Shown piece by piece: positions 17,962 to 26,814 of a stretch of 30,104 nucleotides of DNA. The DNA lies in contig CAZQWK010000001.1 in NCBI GenBank assembly GCA_964597245.1, forward strand, positions 1 to 30,104, given 5' to 3'. This DNA comes from an uncultured Candidatus Saccharibacteria bacterium. Lineage in GTDB: Bacteria > Patescibacteriota > Minisyncoccia > Phycocordibacterales > UBA1006. Within the stretch, counting starts at the first letter, position 1, and every line of letters begins with the position of its first letter. Below the pieces are notes generated by a model. That model made no database searches. It saw nothing but the letters and a program-made list of their open reading frames with translations, and had not been told where the DNA came from. The translations under genes were made by a program, and so were the position numbers.

Positions 17962-18886
17962 TGTACAAAAATCAAGCGTTAGTAACACTTTTCATCAAGG
18001 CTCTTTTTTCTCTCGCAAACAATTCAAGTTGTTTCATTGGTGAGATACCACCTAATGATTGATGTGGTCTCACTTGGTTGTAGTGACGCACAAAAGCGTA
18101 GAGATGTCTCCTACGTTCTTCTCTAGTGAGATGTGAGTGACCTTTAAGCAGTTCCTGTTTAATTGTCTTGATAACACGTTCTGCCTTACCATTGGTTTGA
18201 GGTGAGTAGGGTTTAGTGAACTGCTGCTTGATACCTTCTTTGGTACACAACTCCTTGAATGCTCGTTTAAACTCTTTTCCATTGTCTGAATACATAGTTT
18301 GTATTTCAAAAGGAAACATAATCAGTGCTTCATCCAAAGCAATAGCTGTGCTCCATGAAGTTTGATCAGGTAAAATATCAGCAAACAACCATCTGCTGTA
18401 GTCATCAATGAATACGTAAAGATACTCTCGTGGTGTTACCATAGCTTCACCACGTAATCGTGGAAGTAATGATGAATCAGTATGCACCATTTCTCCTGGA
18501 TATTCTTTCTGGTATCGGTTGAGTCTTCGTGCTCGTTTACCTAGTTTCTTGGTGAGTTTCTTTTCAGTTCGTTTTAGTTTCTTTAATCCATACTCAATGG
18601 TTCGGTATCTCATATTTTTACTTGAGTAATTGGTGAAAATTCCTAATTTAGCTTTCTTAAATACTTCGTACAAAGTTTTTCTTGAAACATTGTATTGTTT
18701 AGCTAAATCAGTAACGCGATCTCCATTTCTCCAGCGACGATATACTTCACGTCGCTGATATGGAAGTAATTTGGTATTCTTATGCATGTAAAAGCGTGAT
18801 TAATGATTAATGGTGTGAATACCAAAATCATATCGCGCTTTTATTATTTTCTTAAGGAACTGTTACTAACTCGTAGTATATGTACA
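17962..18886 (-). mobile_element. IS481-family insertion sequence, 925 bp, apparently intact
   Basis: 26-bp imperfect terminal inverted repeats, TGTACA-N10-GTTAGTAACA (17962-17987 and reverse complement of 18861-18886). Flanking direct repeat ATTTTTT at 17955-17961 and 18887-18893. Confidence 0.9.
17972..18787 (-). CDS. IS481-family DDE transposase
   Basis: N-terminal HTH; rve core HTDS, FIDDYSR, SDNGKEF, PQTNGKAERV and YNQVRPHQSL. The stop lies inside the terminal repeat. Confidence 0.93.
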   Translation of the reverse strand: MHKNTKLLPYQRREVYRRWRNGDRVTDLAKQYNVSRKTLYEVFKKAKLGIFTNYSSKNMRYRTIEYGLKKLKRTEKKLTKKLGKRARRLNRYQKEYPGEMVHTDSSLLPRLRGEAMVTPREYLYVFIDDYSRWLFADILPDQTSWSTAIALDEALIMFPFEIQTMYSDNGKEFKRAFKELCTKEGIKQQFTKPYSPQTNGKAERVIKTIKQELLKGHSHLTREERRRHLYAFVRHYNQVRPHQSLGGISPMKQLELFAREKRALMKSVTNA

Positions 18887-18948
18887 ATTTTTTTTGACTA
18901 AATAATTTAATATGTTTAAATATGTGTAAATTCAAAACTTAATAACGG

Positions 18949-20382
18949 ATGTTAAAAAATTTTTTAGGGGAAAAAACCCCACAATGGTTTAAAATAGCTA
19001 TAGTTAGCTTTTTAATATTCAACGTATTTTCATATTATACGTTGGGTGCAACAATAACAGCATGGCTGTTTATAGCGGAATTTATCTTCACATTAGCTAT
19101 GGCTTTAAAGTGCTATCCCTTGCAATCAGGAGGGTTGCTGGCTATGGAAATTTTGGCGCTGGGCCTAACAACTCCACACAATGCTTATCATGAGGTTGAT
19201 CAAAACCTGGAGGTGGTGTTGCTGCTGGTGTTTATGGTTGCTGGGATTTATTTTATGAAGCCCTTGCTTATGTTTATTTTTAGTAAGGTGTTTACTAAAA
19301 TAAAATCAAAAATAACCTTGTCTCTATTGTTTGTTTTTTTGGCCGCCGTGCTGTCAGCATTTTTAGATGCACTTACGGTTACTGCTGTATTGATTAGTGT
19401 TTCGGTTGGGTTTTATAACGTATACAAAAGCGTGGATTCAATATCAGATAGCTCTGATGATCTAGAGAAATTTAAAAGCTTTTTGCGTAGTTTAATTATG
19501 CACGGGGTTGTAGGAACAGCATTGGGGGGAGTATGTACTCAGGTAGGAGAACCACAAAACCTATTAATTGCCGAAAGAATGGGGTGGAATTTTATCGATT
19601 TCTTTTTAAAGATGGCACCGATTACGATGCCGGTATTAGGAGCTGGTTTATGTACTACTATTCTGCTTGAGAAAACAAAAGCTTTTGATTTTGGGCAAGA
19701 GTTGCCGACGAGTGTCCGTACGGTTCTTGAAGATTACACAAGAGAAGAGGATGCCAAGCGTTCAAAAAATGATCGCTATGCTTTACAGGTTCAAGCTGTT
19801 GCTGCTGTGTTGTTAATCGCTGCTTTGGCGTTACATATTGCGCCTGTTGGTTTTATAGGGTTAGGTTTAATTATTTTCCAAACTGCATTAACGGGGATTG
19901 TCGAAGAGCATAGTCTAGGAAAGGCCTTTGAGGAGGCGTTACCTTTTACTGGCTTGTTGGTGGTTTTCTTTGTTGTTGTTGCCATGATTCATGATCAACA
20001 TTTATTCAAGCCTATTATTGATTGGGCTTTACAAATGGATCCTGTTGACCAGCCTGGTATTTTCTATTTGGCAAATGGTCTACTATCTATGATTAGTGAT
20101 AATGTTTTTGTTGCGACAGTGTATATTGGTGAGGTCAAGTCAGCATTTGATACAGGGATTATTGATATTCATCAGTTTGAAAAATTAGCTGTTGCAATTA
20201 ATACAGGAACGAATCTACCGAGTGTGGCTACACCTAATGGTCAAGCAGCATTTTTATTTTTATTAACCTCGGCATTGGCACCATTGATTAATTTATCCTA
20301 CGGGAAAATGGTTAAAATGGCGCTACCATATACCATGGTTCTAGGCGGGATAGGTTACTTGATGGTAACCACAGTGTTGTAA
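18949..20382 (+). CDS. nhaB: Na+/H+ antiporter NhaB
   Basis: NhaB signature stretches: [43 protein letters not shown]-like [31 protein letters not shown] and [24 protein letters not shown]. Confidence 0.95.
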   Translation: MLKNFLGEKTPQWFKIAIVSFLIFNVFSYYTLGATITAWLFIAEFIFTLAMALKCYPLQSGGLLAMEILALGLTTPHNAYHEVDQNLEVVLLLVFMVAGIYFMKPLLMFIFSKVFTKIKSKITLSLLFVFLAAVLSAFLDALTVTAVLISVSVGFYNVYKSVDSISDSSDDLEKFKSFLRSLIMHGVVGTALGGVCTQVGEPQNLLIAERMGWNFIDFFLKMAPITMPVLGAGLCTTILLEKTKAFDFGQELPTSVRTVLEDYTREEDAKRSKNDRYALQVQAVAAVLLIAALALHIAPVGFIGLGLIIFQTALTGIVEEHSLGKAFEEALPFTGLLVVFFVVVAMIHDQHLFKPIIDWALQMDPVDQPGIFYLANGLLSMISDNVFVATVYIGEVKSAFDTGIIDIHQFEKLAVAINTGTNLPSVATPNGQAAFLFLLTSALAPLINLSYGKMVKMALPYTMVLGGIGYLMVTTVL

Positions 20383-20392
20383 AATTACATAC

Positions 20393-20421
20393 AAAACCTA
20401 CATGTTAATGTAGGTTTTTTT
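20393..20421 (+). terminator. Terminator after nhaB
   Basis: AAAACCTACAT-GTTA-ATGTAGGTTTT followed by a T tract. Confidence 0.8.
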
Positions 20422-20427
20422 GTTGCA

Positions 20428-20436
20428 TGATATAAT
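20428..20436 (+). promoter_or_regulatory. Consensus extended -10 (TGaTATAAT) 6 nt before the mgtC ATG, leaderless type
   Basis: Perfect TATAAT at 20431-20436; ATG at 20443. Confidence 0.7.
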
Positions 20437-20442
20437 TTATGT

Positions 20443-20892
20443 ATGTCAGAAATTGAAATTATTATCCGTCTAGTACTGGCGTTAGTGCTAGGTTCATTAA
20501 TCGGAATCGAGCGTGTATACGCTGGAAAAAACGCAGGTATTCGAACCATGGCTTTGGTGTCTCTTGGTGCGGCGTTGTTTGTGATCGTCTCGGAGTATGT
20601 CATTACTGCATATGATTATCCAATTGATCCATTACGTATGGCATCTAATGTTGTAACAGGTATTGGGTTTCTTGGCGCCGGGATGATTGTGTTTCGGGAA
20701 GACCATATATCAAATCTAACAACTGCAGCTGGTGTTTGGGTTGCTGCTGCAATCGGTATGGCAACAGGGTTTGGAATGTATCTTGTTGCTATTACGGTAA
20801 CCGTATTGGTTTTGATCACTTTTACTTTTTTGTGGAGATGGGAGCGTTTATTAAAAAAACGAATTAACAAAGAAATGCACTATACAAAATAG
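20443..20892 (+). CDS. MgtC/SapB family membrane protein
   Basis: IGIERVYAGKNAGIRT, PLRMASNVVTGIGFLGAGMI and LTTAAGVWVAAAIGM. Confidence 0.92.
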   Translation: MSEIEIIIRLVLALVLGSLIGIERVYAGKNAGIRTMALVSLGAALFVIVSEYVITAYDYPIDPLRMASNVVTGIGFLGAGMIVFREDHISNLTTAAGVWVAAAIGMATGFGMYLVAITVTVLVLITFTFLWRWERLLKKRINKEMHYTK

Positions 20893-21014
20893 TGCTTTTT
20901 GTTTTATTATCATGGATTCCTTGATGTTAGGTGCCATGGATTCATGATTGTGAATACGTTAATTTTTTGAATTTTTTTCTTGCTGAAAATAATCAATCAT
21001 TTAAAATGCATACT

Positions 21015-22823
21015 ATGACTTCACAAGAAATACGACGACGATTTTTGGCATTTTTTGCAAAGCGTAATCATGCCATTTTGGAATCAGCTTCATTAATTAC
21101 TACTGATGATCCAAAAGCAACAAACGCAACACTATTTAACACAGCTGGAATGCAACCGTTAATTCCATTTTTGATGGGTGAAAAACATCCGGCAGGAACC
21201 CGTCTGGCCAGTTCACAGAAATGTGTACGAACAGGGGATCTAGAAGAGGTTGGAGATAATACTCATGCTACGTTTTTTGAAATGCTGGGAAATTGGTCTT
21301 TAGGGGATTATTTCAAAAAAGACGCTATTACCTGGTCATGGCAATTTTTGACTGACCCAGAAGAGGGTCTAGGACTAGATCCGGAACGTCTATATGTAAC
21401 GGTATTTGCAGGAAATGATATGGTTCCGCGTGATACCGAGGCTGTTGAAATCTGGAAAGAATTTATTCCGGAGCATCGAATTTATTTCCGCGATTCAAAA
21501 GACAACTGGTGGACAGCAGGTCCAAATTCACCGGCAGGACCATCAACAGAAATGTTTTATGATTTGACTGGGGATTTAGGAGATCTTTCTGAGTCAGAAT
21601 TTGAGCAAGCCGACGAGGATCAAAAGGTTGTTGAGATCTGGAATGATGTATTTATGGCCTATCGCCAGGAGGGCGGAGAGGTTGTTGGGAACTTACCACA
21701 ACAAAATGTTGATACTGGTGCTGGACTAGAGCGTGTTACAGCAGTGATGCAGGGAACAACTAATATTTTTGATACTGATTTGTTCTTGCCGTTATTGAAT
21801 ATAATCAAAGAATCTGCAGAGCAGTATGACGAACGTCATGCGCGTATTGTTGCTGATCATATTAAGACTTCGGTATTTATGATTCATGATGGTGTGGTTA
21901 TTTCAAATACAGGTCGCGGGTATGTACTGCGTCGTATTCTGCGTCGCGCCTATTCATCTCTTGAGGCAATGGGGTGCTCAGAGAAAATTATCCCACAACT
22001 TATCCATGCTGTTGTTGAGATGTATCGCGATCTTTATTTTGCAGGTGTTGATGAGAAAAAAATCGCTATAAAAATTAAAATTGTAGCGACCGAGATGGAT
22101 AAAATTATTGGTATTGTAAATCGTGGAGTTAAGATTTTCAAAAAAATCAAAGACGATCCGAATACTGTCATTACTGGAAAATTTTTAATGGACCTAGAAC
22201 AAACTCATGGTTTACCATTATCAATGTCACGAAAGCTGGCAAAGAAATTTGGGATCATTATTTCAGACCAAGCATTGGCGGATTGTGAAAAGCTACGCAA
22301 AGCTCATCAAGAATTATCTCGAAAGGGGGCGGAGAAAAAATTCAAGGGAGGTTTGGCAGAAGATACTCCAAAAATTCGAGCCCTACACACAGCAACCCAT
22401 TTGATGTTGGCTGGGTTACGTCAGGAGTTAGGACCTGATATTCATCAGAAAGGTTCTAATATTACCGAAGAACGAACCCGTTTTGATTTCACCTACGGAG
22501 AAAAAGTTTCTCGAGAAATTTTAGATAAGGTAGAGCAATATGTAAATGATGCTATTGCGACGAATGCAAAAATGGGAGTTCAGTTGATGGATAAAACAGA
22601 GGCACAAAAAACTGACGTCGTTGGCTCATTTTGGGAAAAGTATCCAGACACCGTAAAGGTGTGGACGATTTCTGATGTAGACGGAAATATCTATTCACGA
22701 GAATTGTGTGGTGGTCCGCATGTCGATGAATTATCACAAATTGCTGAATTTGGCGCATTCAAAATCAAAAAAGAAGAATCATCATCAGCTGGAGTACGAC
22801 GTATCAAGGCGGTTCTTCAGTAA
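21015..22823 (+). CDS. alaS: Alanine--tRNA ligase, short form without the C-Ala domain; start set at ATG 21015
   Basis: MTSQEIRRRFLAFF, LFNTAGMQPL, HATFFEMLGNWSLGDYFK and DTGAGLER; editing motifs HTATH and ELCGGPH; ends at AGVRRIKAVLQ. Confidence 0.95.
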   Translation: MTSQEIRRRFLAFFAKRNHAILESASLITTDDPKATNATLFNTAGMQPLIPFLMGEKHPAGTRLASSQKCVRTGDLEEVGDNTHATFFEMLGNWSLGDYFKKDAITWSWQFLTDPEEGLGLDPERLYVTVFAGNDMVPRDTEAVEIWKEFIPEHRIYFRDSKDNWWTAGPNSPAGPSTEMFYDLTGDLGDLSESEFEQADEDQKVVEIWNDVFMAYRQEGGEVVGNLPQQNVDTGAGLERVTAVMQGTTNIFDTDLFLPLLNIIKESAEQYDERHARIVADHIKTSVFMIHDGVVISNTGRGYVLRRILRRAYSSLEAMGCSEKIIPQLIHAVVEMYRDLYFAGVDEKKIAIKIKIVATEMDKIIGIVNRGVKIFKKIKDDPNTVITGKFLMDLEQTHGLPLSMSRKLAKKFGIIISDQALADCEKLRKAHQELSRKGAEKKFKGGLAEDTPKIRALHTATHLMLAGLRQELGPDIHQKGSNITEERTRFDFTYGEKVSREILDKVEQYVNDAIATNAKMGVQLMDKTEAQKTDVVGSFWEKYPDTVKVWTISDVDGNIYSRELCGGPHVDELSQIAEFGAFKIKKEESSSAGVRRIKAVLQ

Positions 22824-22839
22824 AAAAATATTTTATTTT

Positions 22840-22866
22840 AAAAAATCACAATGTATGTGATTTTTT
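22840..22866 (+). terminator. Terminator after alaS
   Basis: AAAAAATCACA-ATGTA-TGTGATTTTTT. Confidence 0.75.
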
Positions 22867-22971
22867 AATTTACGTGACTATGTTTTCCGTAGGGAAACAT
22901 CAAGCTTTTTTACATGTAGGGTTGATAATGCTACTTACTTTTTAGAGTGCTTTTGTGGTATACTTTTTGGT

Positions 22972-23286
22972 ATGAAAAAGATATTTGAAGCATTTCTTAT
23001 TCTGGTTATTTTTTATGGTGTTTACTCGGCATTTAGTCAGGTAGCGCCTATGTTATTTGAAAACCCAAATATCTTTTGGGTTATTGTTGCAAGTTTGATT
23101 ACTGCAGCGTTATTGTTGTTTCTTTACGCTGGTGTTATTAGTTCAGCTACAAAACAAAAACTAAAACAAACAATACAGCACCTCGAGCAAGATGTTCAAG
23201 AAAAAGACCTTAAGCTTAAAAATGCCTTTAGGTTTAAAAAAGAGATCGAAGAGGCTGCCGAGGAAACCATTACCATCAACAACTAG
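22972..23286 (+). CDS. Hypothetical membrane protein (two TM helices plus a coiled-coil tail)
   Basis: Two hydrophobic segments then a charged heptad-like tail; TGgTATACT 7 nt upstream. Confidence 0.7.
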   Translation: MKKIFEAFLILVIFYGVYSAFSQVAPMLFENPNIFWVIVASLITAALLLFLYAGVISSATKQKLKQTIQHLEQDVQEKDLKLKNAFRFKKEIEEAAEETITINN

Positions 23287-23300
23287 TTATTTAATCTATT

Positions 23301-24491
23301 ATGAAAAAAACCTTCGCGACTGAAAAAAAAGTTATTATTTTTGATATTGACAGTGCTTCTGTGGCAGCAGGTTTTTTTGCTTATGGTTTTGATGCGGCTG
23401 GAGAGTTGCTGCATGTACGAGAGCTATTCTCTTTAAGAAAAAGCATTACGACCGGGCAAAAGTATTCATTTGGTGATTTCTGGCGCCGAGCCCAGATGGT
23501 ACTGGATGAGGTTGCTAGAGAGGTCCATATTCAGTCATTGACTGGCATTGACGAGTTATACTGTAATGTCGGGGCACCTTGGGTTTCTGCGCAGATTCGA
23601 GAGCTTGTCTATCAAAAGAAAAAAGATTTTCTCTTAACACCGGAATTAGTAAATAGTATTGTTGCAGAGGATCAAAAACACGACATGGTGAAAAATTTAG
23701 ATTATACCGAGCATCGCGTTGGGTTGATTGATTACCAGCTACTCGATTTCTGTGCGAATGGTTATAGTGTGCGTAGACCTTATGCTGGACACACCATGTC
23801 TGATTTAAAAATTACAAGTCTGGCGAGTGTCATGTCGCAGGATACAAAAAAACAATTTGAGCATATTATCGAACGTCACTTTCATCGTATTCCAAAAATG
23901 ACTTCAAATATTTTTATTTCTTATGATGAGGTGAGGCGTTGCGTTGCTTATTTAGACAACGCAGTTATTTGTGACATTAGCGGGGAGACGAGCGAGCTCA
24001 TTAATTACGTACATGATCAAATAAAACATGTTGGGGTTATACCGGCCGGTATTCACCATGTGCTACGCGGACTCGCTGATCTGCGAGATGTATCTGTTTC
24101 GCAGGCACAAACTTTGTTTGAGTTATATCATTCGGGGTCCCTTGCTTCTTTGGATGAGCAGAGGCTTGTGTCTGACCTTCGATCTGCATTTAATGCTTGG
24201 TTGTTGCCATTTTATGATATGATCGACGAGATGTCTCGTGATGGCTTGTTGACTCCGGTTCTTGTACTAAAAATTGATAAAAAATATCGTTCGTTATTTG
24301 AGTACCTATTGCTTGAGCGTGATGAATTGCGTGAGCATATGCATACCAGAGGAGCCATATCTATAGTTGATATAGAGAACTTGCGAATAGTAAACAAACG
24401 GGAGTATATTGATATTAATGATTCGGAACTAGGGATTATTGCAGAGGCGCTTGGTGTTCATTTTCTAGATGGTGCTAGTGAAAAAAAATAA
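23301..24491 (+). CDS. FtsA/PilM-like actin-fold protein with degenerate nucleotide motifs
   Basis: Phosphate-1-like IIFDIDSASV, SHS2/1C-like DFCANGYSVRRP, and phosphate-2-like ICDISGETSE...VIPAGIHHV. Confidence 0.6.
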   Translation: MKKTFATEKKVIIFDIDSASVAAGFFAYGFDAAGELLHVRELFSLRKSITTGQKYSFGDFWRRAQMVLDEVAREVHIQSLTGIDELYCNVGAPWVSAQIRELVYQKKKDFLLTPELVNSIVAEDQKHDMVKNLDYTEHRVGLIDYQLLDFCANGYSVRRPYAGHTMSDLKITSLASVMSQDTKKQFEHIIERHFHRIPKMTSNIFISYDEVRRCVAYLDNAVICDISGETSELINYVHDQIKHVGVIPAGIHHVLRGLADLRDVSVSQAQTLFELYHSGSLASLDEQRLVSDLRSAFNAWLLPFYDMIDEMSRDGLLTPVLVLKIDKKYRSLFEYLLLERDELREHMHTRGAISIVDIENLRIVNKREYIDINDSELGIIAEALGVHFLDGASEKK

Positions 24492-24498
24492 AGGATTT

Positions 24499-25935
24499 AT
24501 GAAGAAGACACGTTTCAAAAAAGTAGATGAAATGAAAAAAACCGTAAAAAGAACGAGTAGAAAAACTCGTTCTTTTGTTGATAAATCTGCTAGTAGACAG
24601 GATCCTATTATTCAGAAGGGGACGGTAAGAAAGAGAAAGCCTTCCTCGGGTATCAGAATAAGAAAACAGAGAATGGGTAGAGCTCAGCAGGTGCCAATTA
24701 GTAGGATACCTCGAGAGTCCCCAGGGGCGATACCTAATTCCATAGGCAGACGACCAGATTCTAACCAGGGTGGCTCAATAAATCTTCGGAGCCTTGTTTC
24801 AAAGTACAGAAAGCTTTTGTTGTTTGCTGGAAAATCTGTATTCGTTATGTTGGTTGTGTTTTTTGTTGGTGAAATTCAGCAAAAGACTGAGATTACTTTG
24901 CGACCTCATGTTGAGCCAATTGACTTTAATACCACTGTTGTGTCCTTGCGTAATCCTGGTGTAGGGCAACTAGGTTTTGATATTATTGCTCTTGATGATC
25001 AGGTTTCTATTCCTGTCGATGCTTCGGGGGTTCGAAGCGTTCAGGAATATGCCAGTGGGGCAGTAACGCTATATAACAATTACAGTCAAGAACCTCAACG
25101 CCTCCTTCCAAATACTCGACTAGAGTCAGCGGGTGGAAAAATTTTCTTACTTGGTGATAAGGAGGTTATAATTCCAGGTAAAAGCGGGACAGGGCCTGGT
25201 ACGGTGTCCGCACAGGTTTATGCACAAGAGTCAGGATCGTCTTATAATATTGATCTGACAGACTTTACTATCCCAGGCTTTAGCGAGCTAGGTCTTGTGG
25301 AAAAATACAATAACATATATGCCGTTTCCGAGGAGCGTTTCTCGGGTGGTTATGTTGGTGAAGAAAATTATGTTACCCAAGCGGAACTCGAGATAAAAAA
25401 AGAGGAAGCTCAGCGCTTGCTTGAGGAGCGCTTGCGCTTGCGCATAGAAAAGGAGAAAACAGATTCTGTTGTTCTTGTTCAGGAAGCTATTGATTTCGAA
25501 TTCGATTCCCCGGAAACCATTTTCGAAGATAATGATCAGGGATATTTAATTCAAACAGGGAAAATAATTGCTGCCGTGATTTCAGTTGATAATATCATTT
25601 CTTATATATCTGATGTGTATACCTTGCAGGGAGGTGAATCTGTTTCTATTAAGAACATGGAGAGCTTGAATATTTCTTATTCTGGTGATGCTATTGATTT
25701 ACGCAATAATAACGAGCTTATCTTGAGCCTGAATGGTTCGCTCTTGGTACGTTCGATTCTGGATCATGAGGATGTAAAAAAATATTTTGCTGGCCTACAT
25801 ACTGAAGATATTATTCCTGTGACTGAGGATTATTTGCTTATTGATAAGTTAGATATCAAGATTCAGCCGCCGTGGAGAAATACAATACATGGCGATATAA
25901 ATCTAATTTCTATTAAGGATCTATTCCTTGAATAG
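24499..25935 (+). CDS. Bitopic membrane protein with a baseplate-J-like extracytoplasmic domain; start set at ATG 24499
   Basis: Basic, low-complexity N-tail of about 100 aa and one TM, then ASGAVTLYNNYS...LLPNTRL...PGTVSAQVYAQESGSSYNI...FTIPG...FSGG. AAGGA lies just upstream of 24499. Confidence 0.6.
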   Translation: MKKTRFKKVDEMKKTVKRTSRKTRSFVDKSASRQDPIIQKGTVRKRKPSSGIRIRKQRMGRAQQVPISRIPRESPGAIPNSIGRRPDSNQGGSINLRSLVSKYRKLLLFAGKSVFVMLVVFFVGEIQQKTEITLRPHVEPIDFNTTVVSLRNPGVGQLGFDIIALDDQVSIPVDASGVRSVQEYASGAVTLYNNYSQEPQRLLPNTRLESAGGKIFLLGDKEVIIPGKSGTGPGTVSAQVYAQESGSSYNIDLTDFTIPGFSELGLVEKYNNIYAVSEERFSGGYVGEENYVTQAELEIKKEEAQRLLEERLRLRIEKEKTDSVVLVQEAIDFEFDSPETIFEDNDQGYLIQTGKIIAAVISVDNIISYISDVYTLQGGESVSIKNMESLNISYSGDAIDLRNNNELILSLNGSLLVRSILDHEDVKKYFAGLHTEDIIPVTEDYLLIDKLDIKIQPPWRNTIHGDINLISIKDLFLE

Positions 25936-25950
25936 GTGGCATGTTTTTTA

Positions 25951-25978
25951 TTGACTTAAAAAATTATTTTGTTACTAT
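25951..25978 (+). promoter_or_regulatory. Promoter for the infA-rpsI operon: TTGACT-N16-TACTAT with extended TG
   Basis: TTGACT at 25951-25956, TG at 25970-25971, TACTAT at 25973-25978. Confidence 0.65.
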
Positions 25979-25990
25979 GGTGCCATCGTA

Positions 25991-26245
25991 ATGAGCAACA
26001 AAAATAAAGGAGAAACAAAAATTGGGGTAGTCGTGGAAAATCTTCCAAATACGATGTTCCGCATTCAGTTCGAAGGGGAAGAAATTCCTCTTGATATCGA
26101 TGGAAACCAGGATGTTACGCAGTTACCAATTGCGTATTTGGCTGGAAAAATGAAATTGTATCGAATTAGAATTATTCCTGGGGACAAGGTCGAGGTATTA
26201 CTCGATCCGTACGGGGGAAAAGGCCGGATTATCAAAAGACTCTAA
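25991..26245 (+). CDS. infA: Translation initiation factor IF-1
   Basis: [14 protein letters not shown]...[30 protein letters not shown]. Confidence 0.95.
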   Translation: MSNKNKGETKIGVVVENLPNTMFRIQFEGEEIPLDIDGNQDVTQLPIAYLAGKMKLYRIRIIPGDKVEVLLDPYGGKGRIIKRL

Positions 26246-26303
26246 TCTGGTTTTTTCTGTTTTATTGGCACTCAGTTATAACGAAATTATATTTATTAGA
26301 ATT

Positions 26304-26420
26304 ATGAAAGTTAAATCATCAATCAAAAAACGGCAACCGGACGACAAAATTGTACGTCGAAAAGGTCGACTTTACCGTATTAATAAAAAGAATCCACGAA
26401 ACAAAGCTCGACAAGGGTAA
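26304..26420 (+). CDS. rpmJ: 50S ribosomal protein L36, Cys-free form (missed by the ORF track)
   Basis: Hand translation: [38 protein letters not shown]; canonical position between infA and rpsM. Confidence 0.95.
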   Translation: MKVKSSIKKRQPDDKIVRRKGRLYRINKKNPRNKARQG

Positions 26421-26440
26421 TCGTTTCGTTTTATAGAATT

Positions 26441-26806
26441 ATGCGAATTTTTGGTATTACGCTTCCAGACGGAAAGCAAATTCAATACAGTATGACTGTT
26501 TTGTATGGTATTGGTCTGTCTCGTGCTCAGCAAATTTGTGCTGATGCAGGAGTAAATCCAGTTACCCAAACAGAAAACCTTACTGAGGCTGAAGAGAAAA
26601 AATTAAGAGACATCATTGAAGAACTTCAATTAGAAGGGGATCTTAAACGAGAAGTCAGTCAAAACATTAAACGACTTATTGATATCGATTCATATCGAGG
26701 AGGTCGACACAGTCGTAAATTACCAAGTCGAGGACAACGATCCAAAACAAACAGTCGAACACGTCGTGGAAATCGTCGTATGACTATGGGATCAGGACGT
26801 AAATAA
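26441..26806 (+). CDS. rpsM: 30S ribosomal protein S13
   Basis: LYGIGLSRA...EGDLKREV..NIKRLIDIDSYRG.RH..KLPSRGQR.KTN. Confidence 0.98.
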   Translation: MRIFGITLPDGKQIQYSMTVLYGIGLSRAQQICADAGVNPVTQTENLTEAEEKKLRDIIEELQLEGDLKREVSQNIKRLIDIDSYRGGRHSRKLPSRGQRSKTNSRTRRGNRRMTMGSGRK

Positions 26807-26814
26807 TCGGAATT

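Noticed and set aside
17962-20421. Composite transposon carrying nhaB
   Set aside because: Only one IS copy, with its own target duplication on both sides, so nhaB lies outside the element.
20931-21014. AlaRS extension, CATGGATTC direct repeat (20911, 20935) and a possible T-box
   Set aside because: Similarity starts at MTSQEIRR. No T-box consensus or antiterminator was seen, and a 9-bp repeat is weak evidence.
22880-22900. Small hairpin ATGTTTTCC-GTA-GGGAAACAT
   Set aside because: Single occurrence between a terminator and a promoter, with no supporting context.
24499-25935. Prophage or tailocin interpretation of the baseplate-J-like gene
   Set aside because: No tail, sheath, capsid, terminase or integrase genes are nearby, and the protein has a TM anchor in a housekeeping context.
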